From NCBI GenBank assembly GCA_964361365.1, contig CAYIBG010000002.1, positions 1 through 32,661 of the forward strand: a stretch of DNA of 32,661 nt. Direction: 5' to 3'. This DNA is from an uncultured Ignavibacteriaceae bacterium (lineage in GTDB: Bacteria > Bacteroidota > Ignavibacteria > UBA10030). The translations under genes and the position numbers were made by a program. Under the pieces are notes generated by a model. It did no database searches and was not told the DNA's origin. It saw only the letters and a list, made by a program, of their open reading frames with translations. Shown here one piece after another: positions 18,601-26,546 of the stretch. How positions within the stretch are numbered: position 1 is the first letter of the stretch; each line of letters begins with the position of its first letter.

Positions 18601-19103
18601 ACAAAGGATGGAAGCCCAATGATCCCTTCTACAAGGTTTCTCGTTTGATGCTGCGCATGAAATACAATCCTGCATATCCGCGTGGAGTCACCATGATCAA
18701 ACATTCAGCCTTCATGGCGACTCCCAAATCGGTGAAGGCACATGAGACACGCGAGGATGGAAAGGCTGTTTCAGAAGATACCGGATATCAGGCCAGCTTC
18801 CGGTATGGTTCGCAACAAAGTATTACGCGCGGATGGCTTCAGCCAACGATGATGACGGATTCACTTGTGCGCAAGGATGTTATAGGACAGCACATTGGGG
18901 AAGGTTACGAAGAGGATGTCAACTCGCCGAACACTTGTCCCAAGGAAACCATGGTCCGCATCACGAAAGCGGAAGACGGAGGCATGGATGGGAAGGGATT
19001 ATGGGATCCCGTCAAAACACAGCTGACACCGGCTAACGAGAACGAAACGATGAAGAAGTATCTCGGGGGAGAATTCATCGAGAAAGGAACTTCCAATGGC
19101 TGA
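15687..19103 (+). CDS. nxrA: Tat-exported molybdopterin oxidoreductase alpha subunit, type II DMSO-reductase family, NxrA/NarG-like (periplasmic NXR-like clade)
   Basis: 1138 aa with the twin-arginine signal NRRNFLEKSG. N-terminal Fe-S (FS0) motif C68-x3-D72-x3-C76-x39-C116 (15888-16034). NarG-like core blocks (GDLPPGHP, SDAHWW, PEYGP). Confidence 0.85.
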   Translation: MDKINRRNFLEKSGKGFVGGALLGSMFDLHLLQFTQEVDNPLAFYPNRDWEKVYRDQYHYDRSFTYICAPNDTHNCRLRAFVRNGIVVRIEQNYDATAVSDIYGNTIPPSWNPRGCSKGFTYVRRMYGPYRVKYPMIRKGWKEWADGGFPTDSKGVPDQKYFLRGEDSWIKINWDDISTYAAKGLLHVMKKYQGEQGAEKLKIQGYPEEMIEAMHGSGAQVLKIRPGMSIHGILRIQALKRFANMLALHDEEEAKKHHRDPYGARSWTNYDWHGDLPPGHPMVTGIQTHDDDHNNFRHARLFIMQGVNFVENKMSDAHWWIETMERGGKIVVIAPEYGPSAQKADYWIPVRPGTDPALQLGVTNVLFKEKLYDAPFVKRFTDMPLLVRMDTLKLLRASDIFKDYKNQELKGYSVQVQKIDPEARERWGDFVVWDSKSKKTVAVTREDVGKYIDEMKIDPALEGTFSVKDMKGRQIKVKSVFQLYKELCAEYDLDATHEITGSPKELIVRLARDLGSIRPAAVHTGEGVNHYFHCDLTTRGTFLWMALTGNIGKPGSGVGHWAGNYKFCVFDGLAKFNGEDPFNMNLDPNANGKDVKSKKYYKPENPAYWNYEDLPLIVQTQEGRKVFTGKTHMPTPTKVQWTANVNLLNNAKWAYNMAKNVDPKVEMIVVNEMEWTGSCEFADIVLPVECWAELTLPDMTASCSNPFLQAWKGGVKPIFDNRNDALIMAGVAAKLAELTGDQRYRDYFKFILEGKPEVYLQRVLDAGTTTDGYKIDELLKKDAAVLMMFRTYPRIPGWEQINESKPFYNKTGRIEFYREEDEFIEYGENLIVHREPVEATPYLPNVIVASHPAIRPHNYDLPQNHPGADERSVNNVKMPWRKVKQTRSFLWQQGYRFWCLTPKSRHTNHSSWAVTDWNFIWNNNFGDPYRADKRMPGVGEHQVQMNPDDAKELGINDGDYVYVDANPADRPYKGWKPNDPFYKVSRLMLRMKYNPAYPRGVTMIKHSAFMATPKSVKAHETREDGKAVSEDTGYQASFRYGSQQSITRGWLQPTMMTDSLVRKDVIGQHIGEGYEEDVNSPNTCPKETMVRITKAEDGGMDGKGLWDPVKTQLTPANENETMKKYLGGEFIEKGTSNG

Positions 19104-19356
19104 GCCCGATGATTCGCAAAACCCAACGGATTTCGAACTCACACATTATGTCGTACCCGGCGATGTTGGAAGGGATCACGCGGCAGAAATGGCGGAAACG
19201 TTCGTCATCGAACTGAAACGGCTGCGATGGTCGAATGAGAGAATCCTGGATGCCTTTCGAAATCCTTTTTATGCGGGTCCCCATTATGCTCTGAAAGAGC
19301 GAGGGGAACAATATGTCCGTGATTTGGTCGAAAGTGTCAAAAACAGGAAATCCTAA
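19096..19356 (+). CDS. Hypothetical 86-aa protein between the alpha and beta genes
   Basis: The ATG overlaps the alpha gene end by 8 nt. Balanced, non-repetitive composition. It fills an otherwise 276-nt gap. No family recognised. Confidence 0.45.
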   Translation: MAEPDDSQNPTDFELTHYVVPGDVGRDHAAEMAETFVIELKRLRWSNERILDAFRNPFYAGPHYALKERGEQYVRDLVESVKNRKS

Positions 19357-19379
19357 GCTGCCCTTAAGGAGAACCACGT

Positions 19380-20552
19380 ATGCCTAAAGTCTACAATTGG
19401 CAATTAGGTCGTGAAATGGAGTATCCCTACGAGGGAAAACGACCAAAGAGACAGTTTGCGGCCGTGTTCAATATTAACCGCTGCATTGGATGCCAAACTT
19501 GCACGATGGCGTGCAAGAGTACCTGGACCTATTCTAAGGGACAGGAAGCAATGTGGTGGAATAACGTTGAGACGAAACCTTACGGCGGATATCCGCAAAG
19601 TTGGGACGTGAAAACATTGGAGCTTCTCGGGCCACAACCCGGTTGGGATACCGTTAAGGCCGACTCTGAAAAGCCATACGGTGTTTATCGAGGTGAAACT
19701 CTCTTCGAGGCCGCAACAACGAGGGCCACCGGGAGCGGTGAACGGGCACTTGGTTATCTTCCCACGGAAAAGGAATGGCGCTCACCGAACTTCTACGAGG
19801 ACACTGCTTACTCGACGCTTGCATCCAAAGAGGGCCGCACCGCTGACGGCACAAAGCTCCCCGAACACAAAGCTTGGTTTTTTTATTTGCAGCGCATTTG
19901 CAACCATTGTTCGTATCCGGCGTGTCTGGCCGCTTGTCCACGCGGCGCAATTTATAAACGGCCTGAAGATGGAATCGTGCTTATCGACCAAAGCCAATGT
20001 CGGGGCTATCGGAAGTGCGTGGAGCAATGTCCATACAAGAAACCGATGTTTAACTCCGAGACACGGATTTCGGAGAAATGCATAGCCTGTTATCCGCGAG
20101 GAGAAGGTTCCGACCCGCTCACCGAGGGTGAGCCAATGGTCACGCGATGTGTAGCATCCTGCGTCGGGAAAATCCGCCTGCAGGGTTGGATCGACGATCC
20201 GGAGAGTCCCATACATTATCTTGTCCACAAAGCAAAGGTAGCGCTTCCACTTTACCCCCAGTTTGGTACAGAACCCAACATCTACTACATCCCTCCTCGA
20301 TGGGCTCCACGAGCGTACTTGAAACAGATGTTTGGTCCTGGCGTTGACCACGCTCTTACAGAATACGCAAATCCCACGCACGAACTCCTCGGAGTGCTGC
20401 AACTGTTTGGAGCAAGTCAAAACCTTGTTTATAGCTATCGAGTAGACGGAGACGAGGTTGTCGGGTTCGGAAAGCGAAGACAGGAAGTTGTGCGGGTTCC
20501 CATCGAAGATCCCGTGATCGTTCGCTCCGAAAAGCATTTGAATGTGACGTGA
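19380..20552 (+). CDS. nxrB: Molybdoenzyme beta subunit (four Fe-S clusters), NxrB/NarH-like
   Basis: 390 aa with an AAGGAGAA RBS. Cys motifs CIGCQTCTMAC, CNHCSYPACLAACP, CRGYRKCVEQCP and CIACYPR. No signal peptide, so probably exported by hitch-hiking on the Tat-signal-bearing alpha subunit. The N-terminus MPKVYNWQLGR resembles Nitrospira-type NxrB as I recall it. Confidence 0.9.
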   Translation: MPKVYNWQLGREMEYPYEGKRPKRQFAAVFNINRCIGCQTCTMACKSTWTYSKGQEAMWWNNVETKPYGGYPQSWDVKTLELLGPQPGWDTVKADSEKPYGVYRGETLFEAATTRATGSGERALGYLPTEKEWRSPNFYEDTAYSTLASKEGRTADGTKLPEHKAWFFYLQRICNHCSYPACLAACPRGAIYKRPEDGIVLIDQSQCRGYRKCVEQCPYKKPMFNSETRISEKCIACYPRGEGSDPLTEGEPMVTRCVASCVGKIRLQGWIDDPESPIHYLVHKAKVALPLYPQFGTEPNIYYIPPRWAPRAYLKQMFGPGVDHALTEYANPTHELLGVLQLFGASQNLVYSYRVDGDEVVGFGKRRQEVVRVPIEDPVIVRSEKHLNVT

Positions 20553-20599
20553 AAGGAATTCCTGAGACGGTCACCATCGTCCCAAGGAGGGAGAATGAT

Positions 20600-22324
20600 A
20601 TGAAATCCTTATTGATAGTTGTGATCCTTGGCCTCGGATTGTTCGCGATGGGTTTTCGACCCTGGCCAGCGTTTAACCAAGACACTTCTGCTTCGGCTGA
20701 AAATGGAAAAACTCTCTATCTCAAATATTGCACCACATGCCATGGTGTCGATGGAACCGGAGAGGGAACTGCCACTGTCTATCTTTTTCCCAAGCCCCGG
20801 GACTTCACAAAAGGCATTTTCAAGTTCCAGTCAACTCCGTCAGGTTCTCTCCCAACAGACGGAGATCTCGAGCGAACAATCCGCAACGGGATGCCTGGTT
20901 CAGCCATGCCGGCATGGGATGGGTTGTCCGCCGGGGAACGCAAAGATCTTATTTCCTACGTCAAAACTTTTTCAGAGCGATTCAGAACCAACAAACCTTC
21001 TGACCCTTTGGAAATTGAAAAGGAGCCTCAATCAACGCCTGAAATGCTCCGAAACGGCAAGGCAGTGTTCGCGTTGGCAGGCTGCTGGATGTGTCACGGA
21101 AAGAATGGCGCGGGTGATGGTCCGTCTTCCAAAAACATGACGGATGATCTGGGGCGGCCAACACCGCCTTATAATTTTACGAGGGCCGGCGCGTTCAAAG
21201 GCGGCGGAACACCTCAGGACATCTATCGCACGTTTAGCACCGGCATTGGCGGAACTCCGATGCCAGGGTATGGTGAAGATGCCCTCGCCGTTGGGAGGGA
21301 AAGTTTTGGTGATTTGACGAACCTGGAAGGGTATTATACCTCCAACGAAGTCCGAGAGTTTAAGGAGTTCATTTCTCAATGGCCAAAAGAAGAACACCTG
21401 AGCCGCATGAGTCTGGCCGAACGGAAACAACTGGCGGATGATCGTCGGTGGTCCCTTGTCTCCTATGTTCTCTCTCTGTCGAAGTCGGGTAAAACACAAA
21501 TATCGTATACAACCACCGATCATTTGTTAACCAGTGCGACGACAGATGATGTTTCGAAGTTTGGCGATCCTTTTTCCCAGCGCTGGAACGCTGTCAAAGG
21601 CGAAGAACTTTCTTTGATCTCATTGTGGCAAAGAGATACTCCAACAGACCGTGTGAATGTCCAAAGCGTGACAGACGGCAAATCTATCGCGTTTCGGCTT
21701 GAGTGGGAAGACAGTACTCAGGATGACCAAGCGTTGCATGATGCAACATTTGGAGACGCAGCAGCTATTCAATTTCCCCTCAATCCGTCAAGCCAGCCGT
21801 TCTTCGGCATGGGCGACACAAACTTTGCTGTCAATATCTGGCAGTGGAAAAGCTGGTGGGAGGCCGATTCAAAGAAGTACGCAGGTGTGAACAGCGCCTT
21901 TCCCCGTAATGCGACTGATTTCTATCTTTACGATGTTTCAGGCGGTTCTCGAATGGAATACCTTGTGAGCAAAGATTCCGCGAGAATGCTTTCGATACCT
22001 TGGAATGCCGGATGGAGTTCGGGGAATCTTCTCAGTGCGCAATCCAGAAGATCTTCTGTCGAAGACTTGAACGCCAAAGGATTTGGGACGCTTCGTTCTC
22101 AAGGGCCCGCTGGACAAAATGTTGGAGGTAATGGCGTGTGGAAAAATGGGAAGTGGGTGGCTGTTTTCACAAGGTCTCTCGCTTCGCAAGATTTGAACGA
22201 TGTTCCTTTAACATCAAGGAACACGATTCCCGTTGCGTTCGCGGTGTGGGATGGATTTCTCGGTGACCGTAATGGCCAAAAGATGGTGACCAATTGGTAC
22301 ACGCTTAACATTGGGCCAAAATGA
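20600..22324 (+). CDS. Gamma-like subunit: Sec signal + dihaem cytochrome c + EbdC/NxrC-type haem-b (EB_dh) domain fusion
   Basis: ATG 20600 follows an AAGGAGGG RBS and gives the signal peptide MKSLLIVVILGLGLFAMG. CxxCH motifs at 20729-20743 (CTTCH) and 21083-21097 (CWMCH), with MPA/MPG Met-ligand contexts. The C-terminal half has the EB_dh-like pattern (AFRLEWED, DAAAIQFP, FFGMGD, NIWQWKS). Confidence 0.8.
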   Translation: MKSLLIVVILGLGLFAMGFRPWPAFNQDTSASAENGKTLYLKYCTTCHGVDGTGEGTATVYLFPKPRDFTKGIFKFQSTPSGSLPTDGDLERTIRNGMPGSAMPAWDGLSAGERKDLISYVKTFSERFRTNKPSDPLEIEKEPQSTPEMLRNGKAVFALAGCWMCHGKNGAGDGPSSKNMTDDLGRPTPPYNFTRAGAFKGGGTPQDIYRTFSTGIGGTPMPGYGEDALAVGRESFGDLTNLEGYYTSNEVREFKEFISQWPKEEHLSRMSLAERKQLADDRRWSLVSYVLSLSKSGKTQISYTTTDHLLTSATTDDVSKFGDPFSQRWNAVKGEELSLISLWQRDTPTDRVNVQSVTDGKSIAFRLEWEDSTQDDQALHDATFGDAAAIQFPLNPSSQPFFGMGDTNFAVNIWQWKSWWEADSKKYAGVNSAFPRNATDFYLYDVSGGSRMEYLVSKDSARMLSIPWNAGWSSGNLLSAQSRRSSVEDLNAKGFGTLRSQGPAGQNVGGNGVWKNGKWVAVFTRSLASQDLNDVPLTSRNTIPVAFAVWDGFLGDRNGQKMVTNWYTLNIGPK

Positions 22325-22334
22325 GAGGACAACG

Positions 22335-23117
22335 ATGAATACGATATCAGCTGACACGAAAGCGTTGAACGCCGAAGTGCGGGCTCAGATATACAAGATT
22401 CTCGCGAAGTCATTTCTCTATCCGACGAAGGATTTCTTCGATTCTATCGGGACACAGGAATACACCCAGGCGTTGTTGTGTTATTGCTCGTTGAATTCTT
22501 CTTCTTCGGAACTCCAAGCCACGATTCAGGCTGTATGTGAGATGCTCAAAAGTGGGGAGCAGGGGCCGACTCCAGGAACTCTCGAATATGAGTACAATCG
22601 CCTTTTTGCCCATCTTGGCTCGGCGAAATGTCCTCCTTATGAAACCGAATACGGCTATGATAATGTCTTTCAGAAGACTCAGACGATGGCAGATATTGCG
22701 GGGTTTTACAAGGCATACGGTCTGGAAGTTTCAGATACCAATGCAGAACGAGTAGACTTTTTGGGCACGGAGTTGGAGTTCATGGCTTTTCTTTCGCTTC
22801 AGGAGGCGTACGCCAGAGAGCAGGGGGAACATGAGCACATTGAAATCTGTGTTGATACCCAGCGCAAGTTCATGAAAGATCATCTCGGCCGATGGACAGG
22901 GATCTTTACGAAGATTCTCGCGAGAACGACAGAAGAGAAATTTTATGAAAATGCAGGGAAGCAACTGGAAGAGTTCGTCGGAAACGAGCTGGGGCGTCTG
23001 AACGTGTTCCCGGAAGAAGTGACGGCGCCGAGTAAAGAACCACCCGCGAGCCAGGAACCGTTTGGCTGTGAAGGATGCGTGTCTCCCACTTCCGCGGGAT
23101 CCACGGAAAAGTCATGA
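22335..23117 (+). CDS. TorD/NarJ/DmsD-family redox-enzyme maturation chaperone
   Basis: ATG 22335 with a GAGAGGA RBS. TorD-family pattern (YNRLF...PPYETEY, ELEFMAFL). The position after the structural genes mirrors narJ and nxrD. Confidence 0.8.
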   Translation: MNTISADTKALNAEVRAQIYKILAKSFLYPTKDFFDSIGTQEYTQALLCYCSLNSSSSELQATIQAVCEMLKSGEQGPTPGTLEYEYNRLFAHLGSAKCPPYETEYGYDNVFQKTQTMADIAGFYKAYGLEVSDTNAERVDFLGTELEFMAFLSLQEAYAREQGEHEHIEICVDTQRKFMKDHLGRWTGIFTKILARTTEEKFYENAGKQLEEFVGNELGRLNVFPEEVTAPSKEPPASQEPFGCEGCVSPTSAGSTEKS

Positions 23118-23165
23118 CGATGATCGCCCCCAAAAAGGCGCAACAGAGCCACTTCAAGGAAACGA

Positions 23166-23831
23166 ATGAACAATAATGACAGCAAAAACCTCGAACAGAT
23201 GCTCGCGGATTCAGCAAAGCAGCATCACCATCTTTGCCCGCGGCAAGTGCTGGGTGTGCGGATGGGCATAATGGCGGGAAAGATTCTGCAGCTCAATCTG
23301 CCACAAATTGACAAAAGACTGCTGACGATTGTCGAAACCGACGGCTGCATGGTCGATGGTGTTTCGGCGGCCACAAACTGCACCGTGGGGCACAGGACAC
23401 TGCGAGTCGAGGATGAGGGGAAAGTCGCCGCCACCTTTGTCGATACGGTCACAAAGCGGGCGATCCGAATCGCTCCTCGTGCTGGAATTCGCCGTGTGAC
23501 CCAAGAGTATGCCTCAGCCGATTGTTCCCGCTGGGAAGCACAGTTGAAAGGTTACCAACGAATGCCGGACGATGATTTGTTCATTGTGAAGGATGTCGAG
23601 CTCATGTTTTCACTCGAGAAACTCATCAGCCGGAAAGAAAAAAAAGCCATTTGCCAAAGATGTGAGGAAGAGATCAATAACGAGCGGGAAATCACGTCGG
23701 GTGAAACGGTCCTTTGTCGCTCCTGTGTGGGGCAAGGGTATTATCGGCGGCCCACTCAGAGCGACGAGAATGAAACTTTGCGCGATGCCCTCATGACAAG
23801 GACGGGAAGCCAATCGTTCCTCTCCTCATGA
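23166..23831 (+). CDS. FmdE-like domain protein with C-terminal zinc ribbon
   Basis: 221 aa. FmdE-type pattern (HHLCPRQVLGVRMG, ETDGCMVDGVSAATNCTVGHRTL) plus CQRC...CRSC. Confidence 0.7.
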   Translation: MNNNDSKNLEQMLADSAKQHHHLCPRQVLGVRMGIMAGKILQLNLPQIDKRLLTIVETDGCMVDGVSAATNCTVGHRTLRVEDEGKVAATFVDTVTKRAIRIAPRAGIRRVTQEYASADCSRWEAQLKGYQRMPDDDLFIVKDVELMFSLEKLISRKEKKAICQRCEEEINNEREITSGETVLCRSCVGQGYYRRPTQSDENETLRDALMTRTGSQSFLSS

Positions 23832-24080
23832 GTTGCAGTGCAGTCCTCCTCATTCTGCCAATAGCACGAAGTGCCCAAATCCCTGTAAGCTGCACTTTAC
23901 CGTCAACGGTTCTCTCTTCCCAAAAATGAAAAAAGCAGGCAGGCTCAGTTTCCCAGAGATAGGAACAGACTGCTTAAAAGGGCCAGCAAAGGCCAATTCT
24001 CGCCTATAAAATAAGATAAAAAACTCCGATTTCTGGTACAAGATTTGCCGTGCGTTCGGCGCATACGCTATCCATCCACC

Positions 24081-25982
24081 ATGTCTTCGCGCTATAAGAT
24101 CAAAATACCCGACATCGAATTTTGGAAAAGCCTCGTTCCATGCCAGATGGGTTGTCCTATCCACACAGACGCTGGGAGGTATGTTCAGCTGATTGCTGAG
24201 CAGAAGTACAAGGAAGCCTACCTCACCGCCCGGTCGCCCAACCCGTTTGCGAGTGTCTGTGGACGCGTGTGCGCAGCCCCGTGCGAAGACTGGTGTCGAC
24301 GCGGAAAGATCGACGCTCCGGTGAGCATTCGGGCGCTCAAGAGATTTGTCACAGAGAAGTATGGAGTCGAGTCACTCGACCCCGATGCACAGGATCAACT
24401 CTTCCAGGGAGCCGATGAGCCGGGTAACAAATGGCTCTGGCATCTCCCGATGCAAGTACAATCACAGAAAAACGTCGCAAAGAACGAGAAGGTTGCAGTC
24501 GTTGGGTCGGGTCCCGCCGGTTTGTCGTGCGCGCATGACCTGGCTTTGATGGGATACAAGGTGACGATGTTTGAGGCGACCAATGTCGCGGGCGGCATGT
24601 TAAGGCATGGCATCCCCGAGTATCGTCTTTCACGATCCCTCATCGACAAAGAAATCGAGAAGATCACGTCGCTGGGAGTCGAAATCCGCTACAACAAACC
24701 TCTGACTGAACGGTTTGGCATCAAAGACCTTCGCAAGGAAGGGTTCGAGGCCGTCTTCATCTCTGTCGGGACTCAAAAAGGGCGCGACCTGGCAATTGAA
24801 GGAGCGGACCTCGACGGCGTTGTCAAGGCGATTGATTATCTCATCAACATCAACAACGGGTATCGAGTTGACGTCGGAAAGCGAGTGCTGATTATCGGCG
24901 GTGGCTTTGTCGCGTTTGATGCTGCGCGGATGGCTCTCAGAGGCAGTCCGGAAGCTCAGCCGGCGGACATACACGAGGCCGTGGATGTAGCCCGAACAGT
25001 CAAGCGCAAAGGCGCCGAAGAAGTTCATATCGCAAGCCTGGAATCGTTCGAGGAAATGCCCGTCCTTCGCACGTCGCAGGGTCATGAAGAGTTTGAGGAA
25101 GCAAAGAAAGAAGGCGTGGTTTTCCACCCACAACGGGGGCCCAAGCGAATTCTCGGACAAAGCGGCAAAGTCAGAGGAATCGAGTTCATCGGTGTCAAGC
25201 ACACGTATGACGAGAACGGCAAATTCAATCCAGTCTATGATCCCTCGTTCACGGAAACGCTGGATGTCGATTCGGTCATCCTTGCCATCGGCCAACAAAC
25301 GGATCTTTCGTTCATCAAAAAAACAGACGAAATCGAACTTACGCCGGGCAAGCTCATTAAAATCGATCCCACGACGCTCGCCACATCGGCCGGGGGAATC
25401 TTTGCCGGCGGCGACGCAGCCTTTGGACCGAGAAACATTATTGACTCTGTAGCGAACGGGAAGCGTGCGGCTCTTTCTGTCGACGAATTCCTGAGAAGGA
25501 AAAAACCTGAAACATACTACCACCTTTCCATTGAAAAAATCCCAACCTCACGATTTACGCGTCCTGAAGATTTCGAACAACACGAACGGCAAGCCCCGCC
25601 CACCATCGATCTCAATCGGAGAACGGGCATTTCCGAAGTCGAGCAGGGATACACCGAAGAGCAAGCGCGAAGACAGGCTGAACGATGTCTGTCGTGCCAT
25701 GTGCAAACGATCTACGATGCGGAAAAGTGCGTGATGTGCAACAGGTGCGTTGACGTGTGTCCTGAGTACTGTCTGCAACTTGTTCCGTTCGCAGAACTCG
25801 ACGTCGACGAGAAAACCAAGGGACAATTGCTTGAACAGTACAGTGTCGACCCGCTCCGGCCTGCCTCAGCGATGATCAAAGACGACGAAACGTGCATTCG
25901 CTGCGGCCTTTGTGCTCTGCGATGCCCGACGGATGCGATGACAATGGAAGTGTTCTATTACGAACAACGAGAAGCAGTTTGA
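24081..25982 (+). CDS. GltD/NfnB-like NAD(P)H-dependent flavo-iron-sulfur oxidoreductase with C-terminal 2x[4Fe-4S] ferredoxin domain
   Basis: 633 aa from ATG 24081. N-terminal Cys clusters (CQMGCP, CGRVCAAPCEDWC). Two Rossmann motifs (VAVVGSGPAGLSCA, VLIIGGGFVAFDAA). C-terminal CVMCNRCVDVCP and CIRCGLCALRCP. No signal peptide or TM helix. The stop lies 14 nt before the Rieske gene. Confidence 0.8.
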   Translation: MSSRYKIKIPDIEFWKSLVPCQMGCPIHTDAGRYVQLIAEQKYKEAYLTARSPNPFASVCGRVCAAPCEDWCRRGKIDAPVSIRALKRFVTEKYGVESLDPDAQDQLFQGADEPGNKWLWHLPMQVQSQKNVAKNEKVAVVGSGPAGLSCAHDLALMGYKVTMFEATNVAGGMLRHGIPEYRLSRSLIDKEIEKITSLGVEIRYNKPLTERFGIKDLRKEGFEAVFISVGTQKGRDLAIEGADLDGVVKAIDYLININNGYRVDVGKRVLIIGGGFVAFDAARMALRGSPEAQPADIHEAVDVARTVKRKGAEEVHIASLESFEEMPVLRTSQGHEEFEEAKKEGVVFHPQRGPKRILGQSGKVRGIEFIGVKHTYDENGKFNPVYDPSFTETLDVDSVILAIGQQTDLSFIKKTDEIELTPGKLIKIDPTTLATSAGGIFAGGDAAFGPRNIIDSVANGKRAALSVDEFLRRKKPETYYHLSIEKIPTSRFTRPEDFEQHERQAPPTIDLNRRTGISEVEQGYTEEQARRQAERCLSCHVQTIYDAEKCVMCNRCVDVCPEYCLQLVPFAELDVDEKTKGQLLEQYSVDPLRPASAMIKDDETCIRCGLCALRCPTDAMTMEVFYYEQREAV

Positions 25983-25996
25983 ACGAAAGGTTATCC

Positions 25997-26536
25997 ATGA
26001 AACTCCTGGAAAACAAGAAGGAAAAATTTTTGGGGAAAGGTTCAGAAAACCGCAGAACTTTTCTTCAGAAACTGGGACTGGGCGGATTACTTGCCGGACT
26101 CACCGGGTTCGCCTATCAGTCCGTGCGGTCGCTAATTCCGAATGTTCTTTATGAAGCGCCGCAGAAATTTAAGGTGGGTCTGCCGGCTCAGCTTGCGGAT
26201 GGTGTGACGTTCCTGGAAGACCGCCGGCTCTACGTCTTCAAAGAGGGTAAATCCTTTTATGCGATTTCCGGAGCCTGCACACACCTCGGCTGCACGGTGA
26301 AGTACACAAAACTGAATAGTCCCAAGCACGTGGAAATCGGCGATGAAAAGAAGGCCATCAATTTTGAATTTCAGTGTCCCTGCCACGGGTCGAAGTTTTA
26401 TGCCGAGGGGACAAATTATGCAGGGCCGGCTCCGCGGCCGCTCTATTGGTACAAACTTGAGGTCTCGCCCGACGACGGTCAGCTGGTCGTCAACCTGGGT
26501 GAAGAAGTGGAACAGAATTTTCGTTTAACCGTGTAG
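25997..26536 (+). CDS. Rieske [2Fe-2S] subunit of a cytochrome bc-type complex
   Basis: ATG 25997. Twin-arginine and TM region NRRTFLQKLGLGGLLAGL. Rieske boxes CTHLGC and CPCHGS. Confidence 0.85.
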   Translation: MKLLENKKEKFLGKGSENRRTFLQKLGLGGLLAGLTGFAYQSVRSLIPNVLYEAPQKFKVGLPAQLADGVTFLEDRRLYVFKEGKSFYAISGACTHLGCTVKYTKLNSPKHVEIGDEKKAINFEFQCPCHGSKFYAEGTNYAGPAPRPLYWYKLEVSPDDGQLVVNLGEEVEQNFRLTV

Positions 26537-26546
26537 GAGCCGTCTG

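Noticed and set aside
15687-20552. Reading the alpha/beta pair as an ordinary cytoplasmic membrane-bound NarGH nitrate reductase
   Set aside because: The alpha subunit has a twin-arginine export signal and an Asp-containing FS0 motif. No narI-type dihaem-b membrane subunit or narK transporter is present. The third subunit is a secreted EbdC-type haem protein.
20549-20599. N-terminal extensions suggested by the longest-ORF track (also 1092, 1497, 4231, 5582, 14225, 22311, 24045, 25892, 27880, 31068)
   Set aside because: These upstream GTG/TTG/ATG starts overlap the preceding gene or lack an RBS. The internal ATGs chosen instead follow good Shine-Dalgarno sequences. They also give sensible N-termini, such as signal peptides or Tat motifs.
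24009-24019. AAATAAGATAA, resembling one half-site of the palindrome found at 15147-15178, upstream of the gltD-like gene
   Set aside because: It matches only 8 of 11 positions, and no complementary partner half-site occurs at the 10-nt spacing. It is probably just A/T-rich promoter DNA.
23850-24164. 104-aa minus-strand ORF spanning the 249-nt intergenic gap
   Set aside because: It overlaps the start of the gltD-like gene, has no RBS or recognisable domain, and would be the only minus-strand gene in the window.
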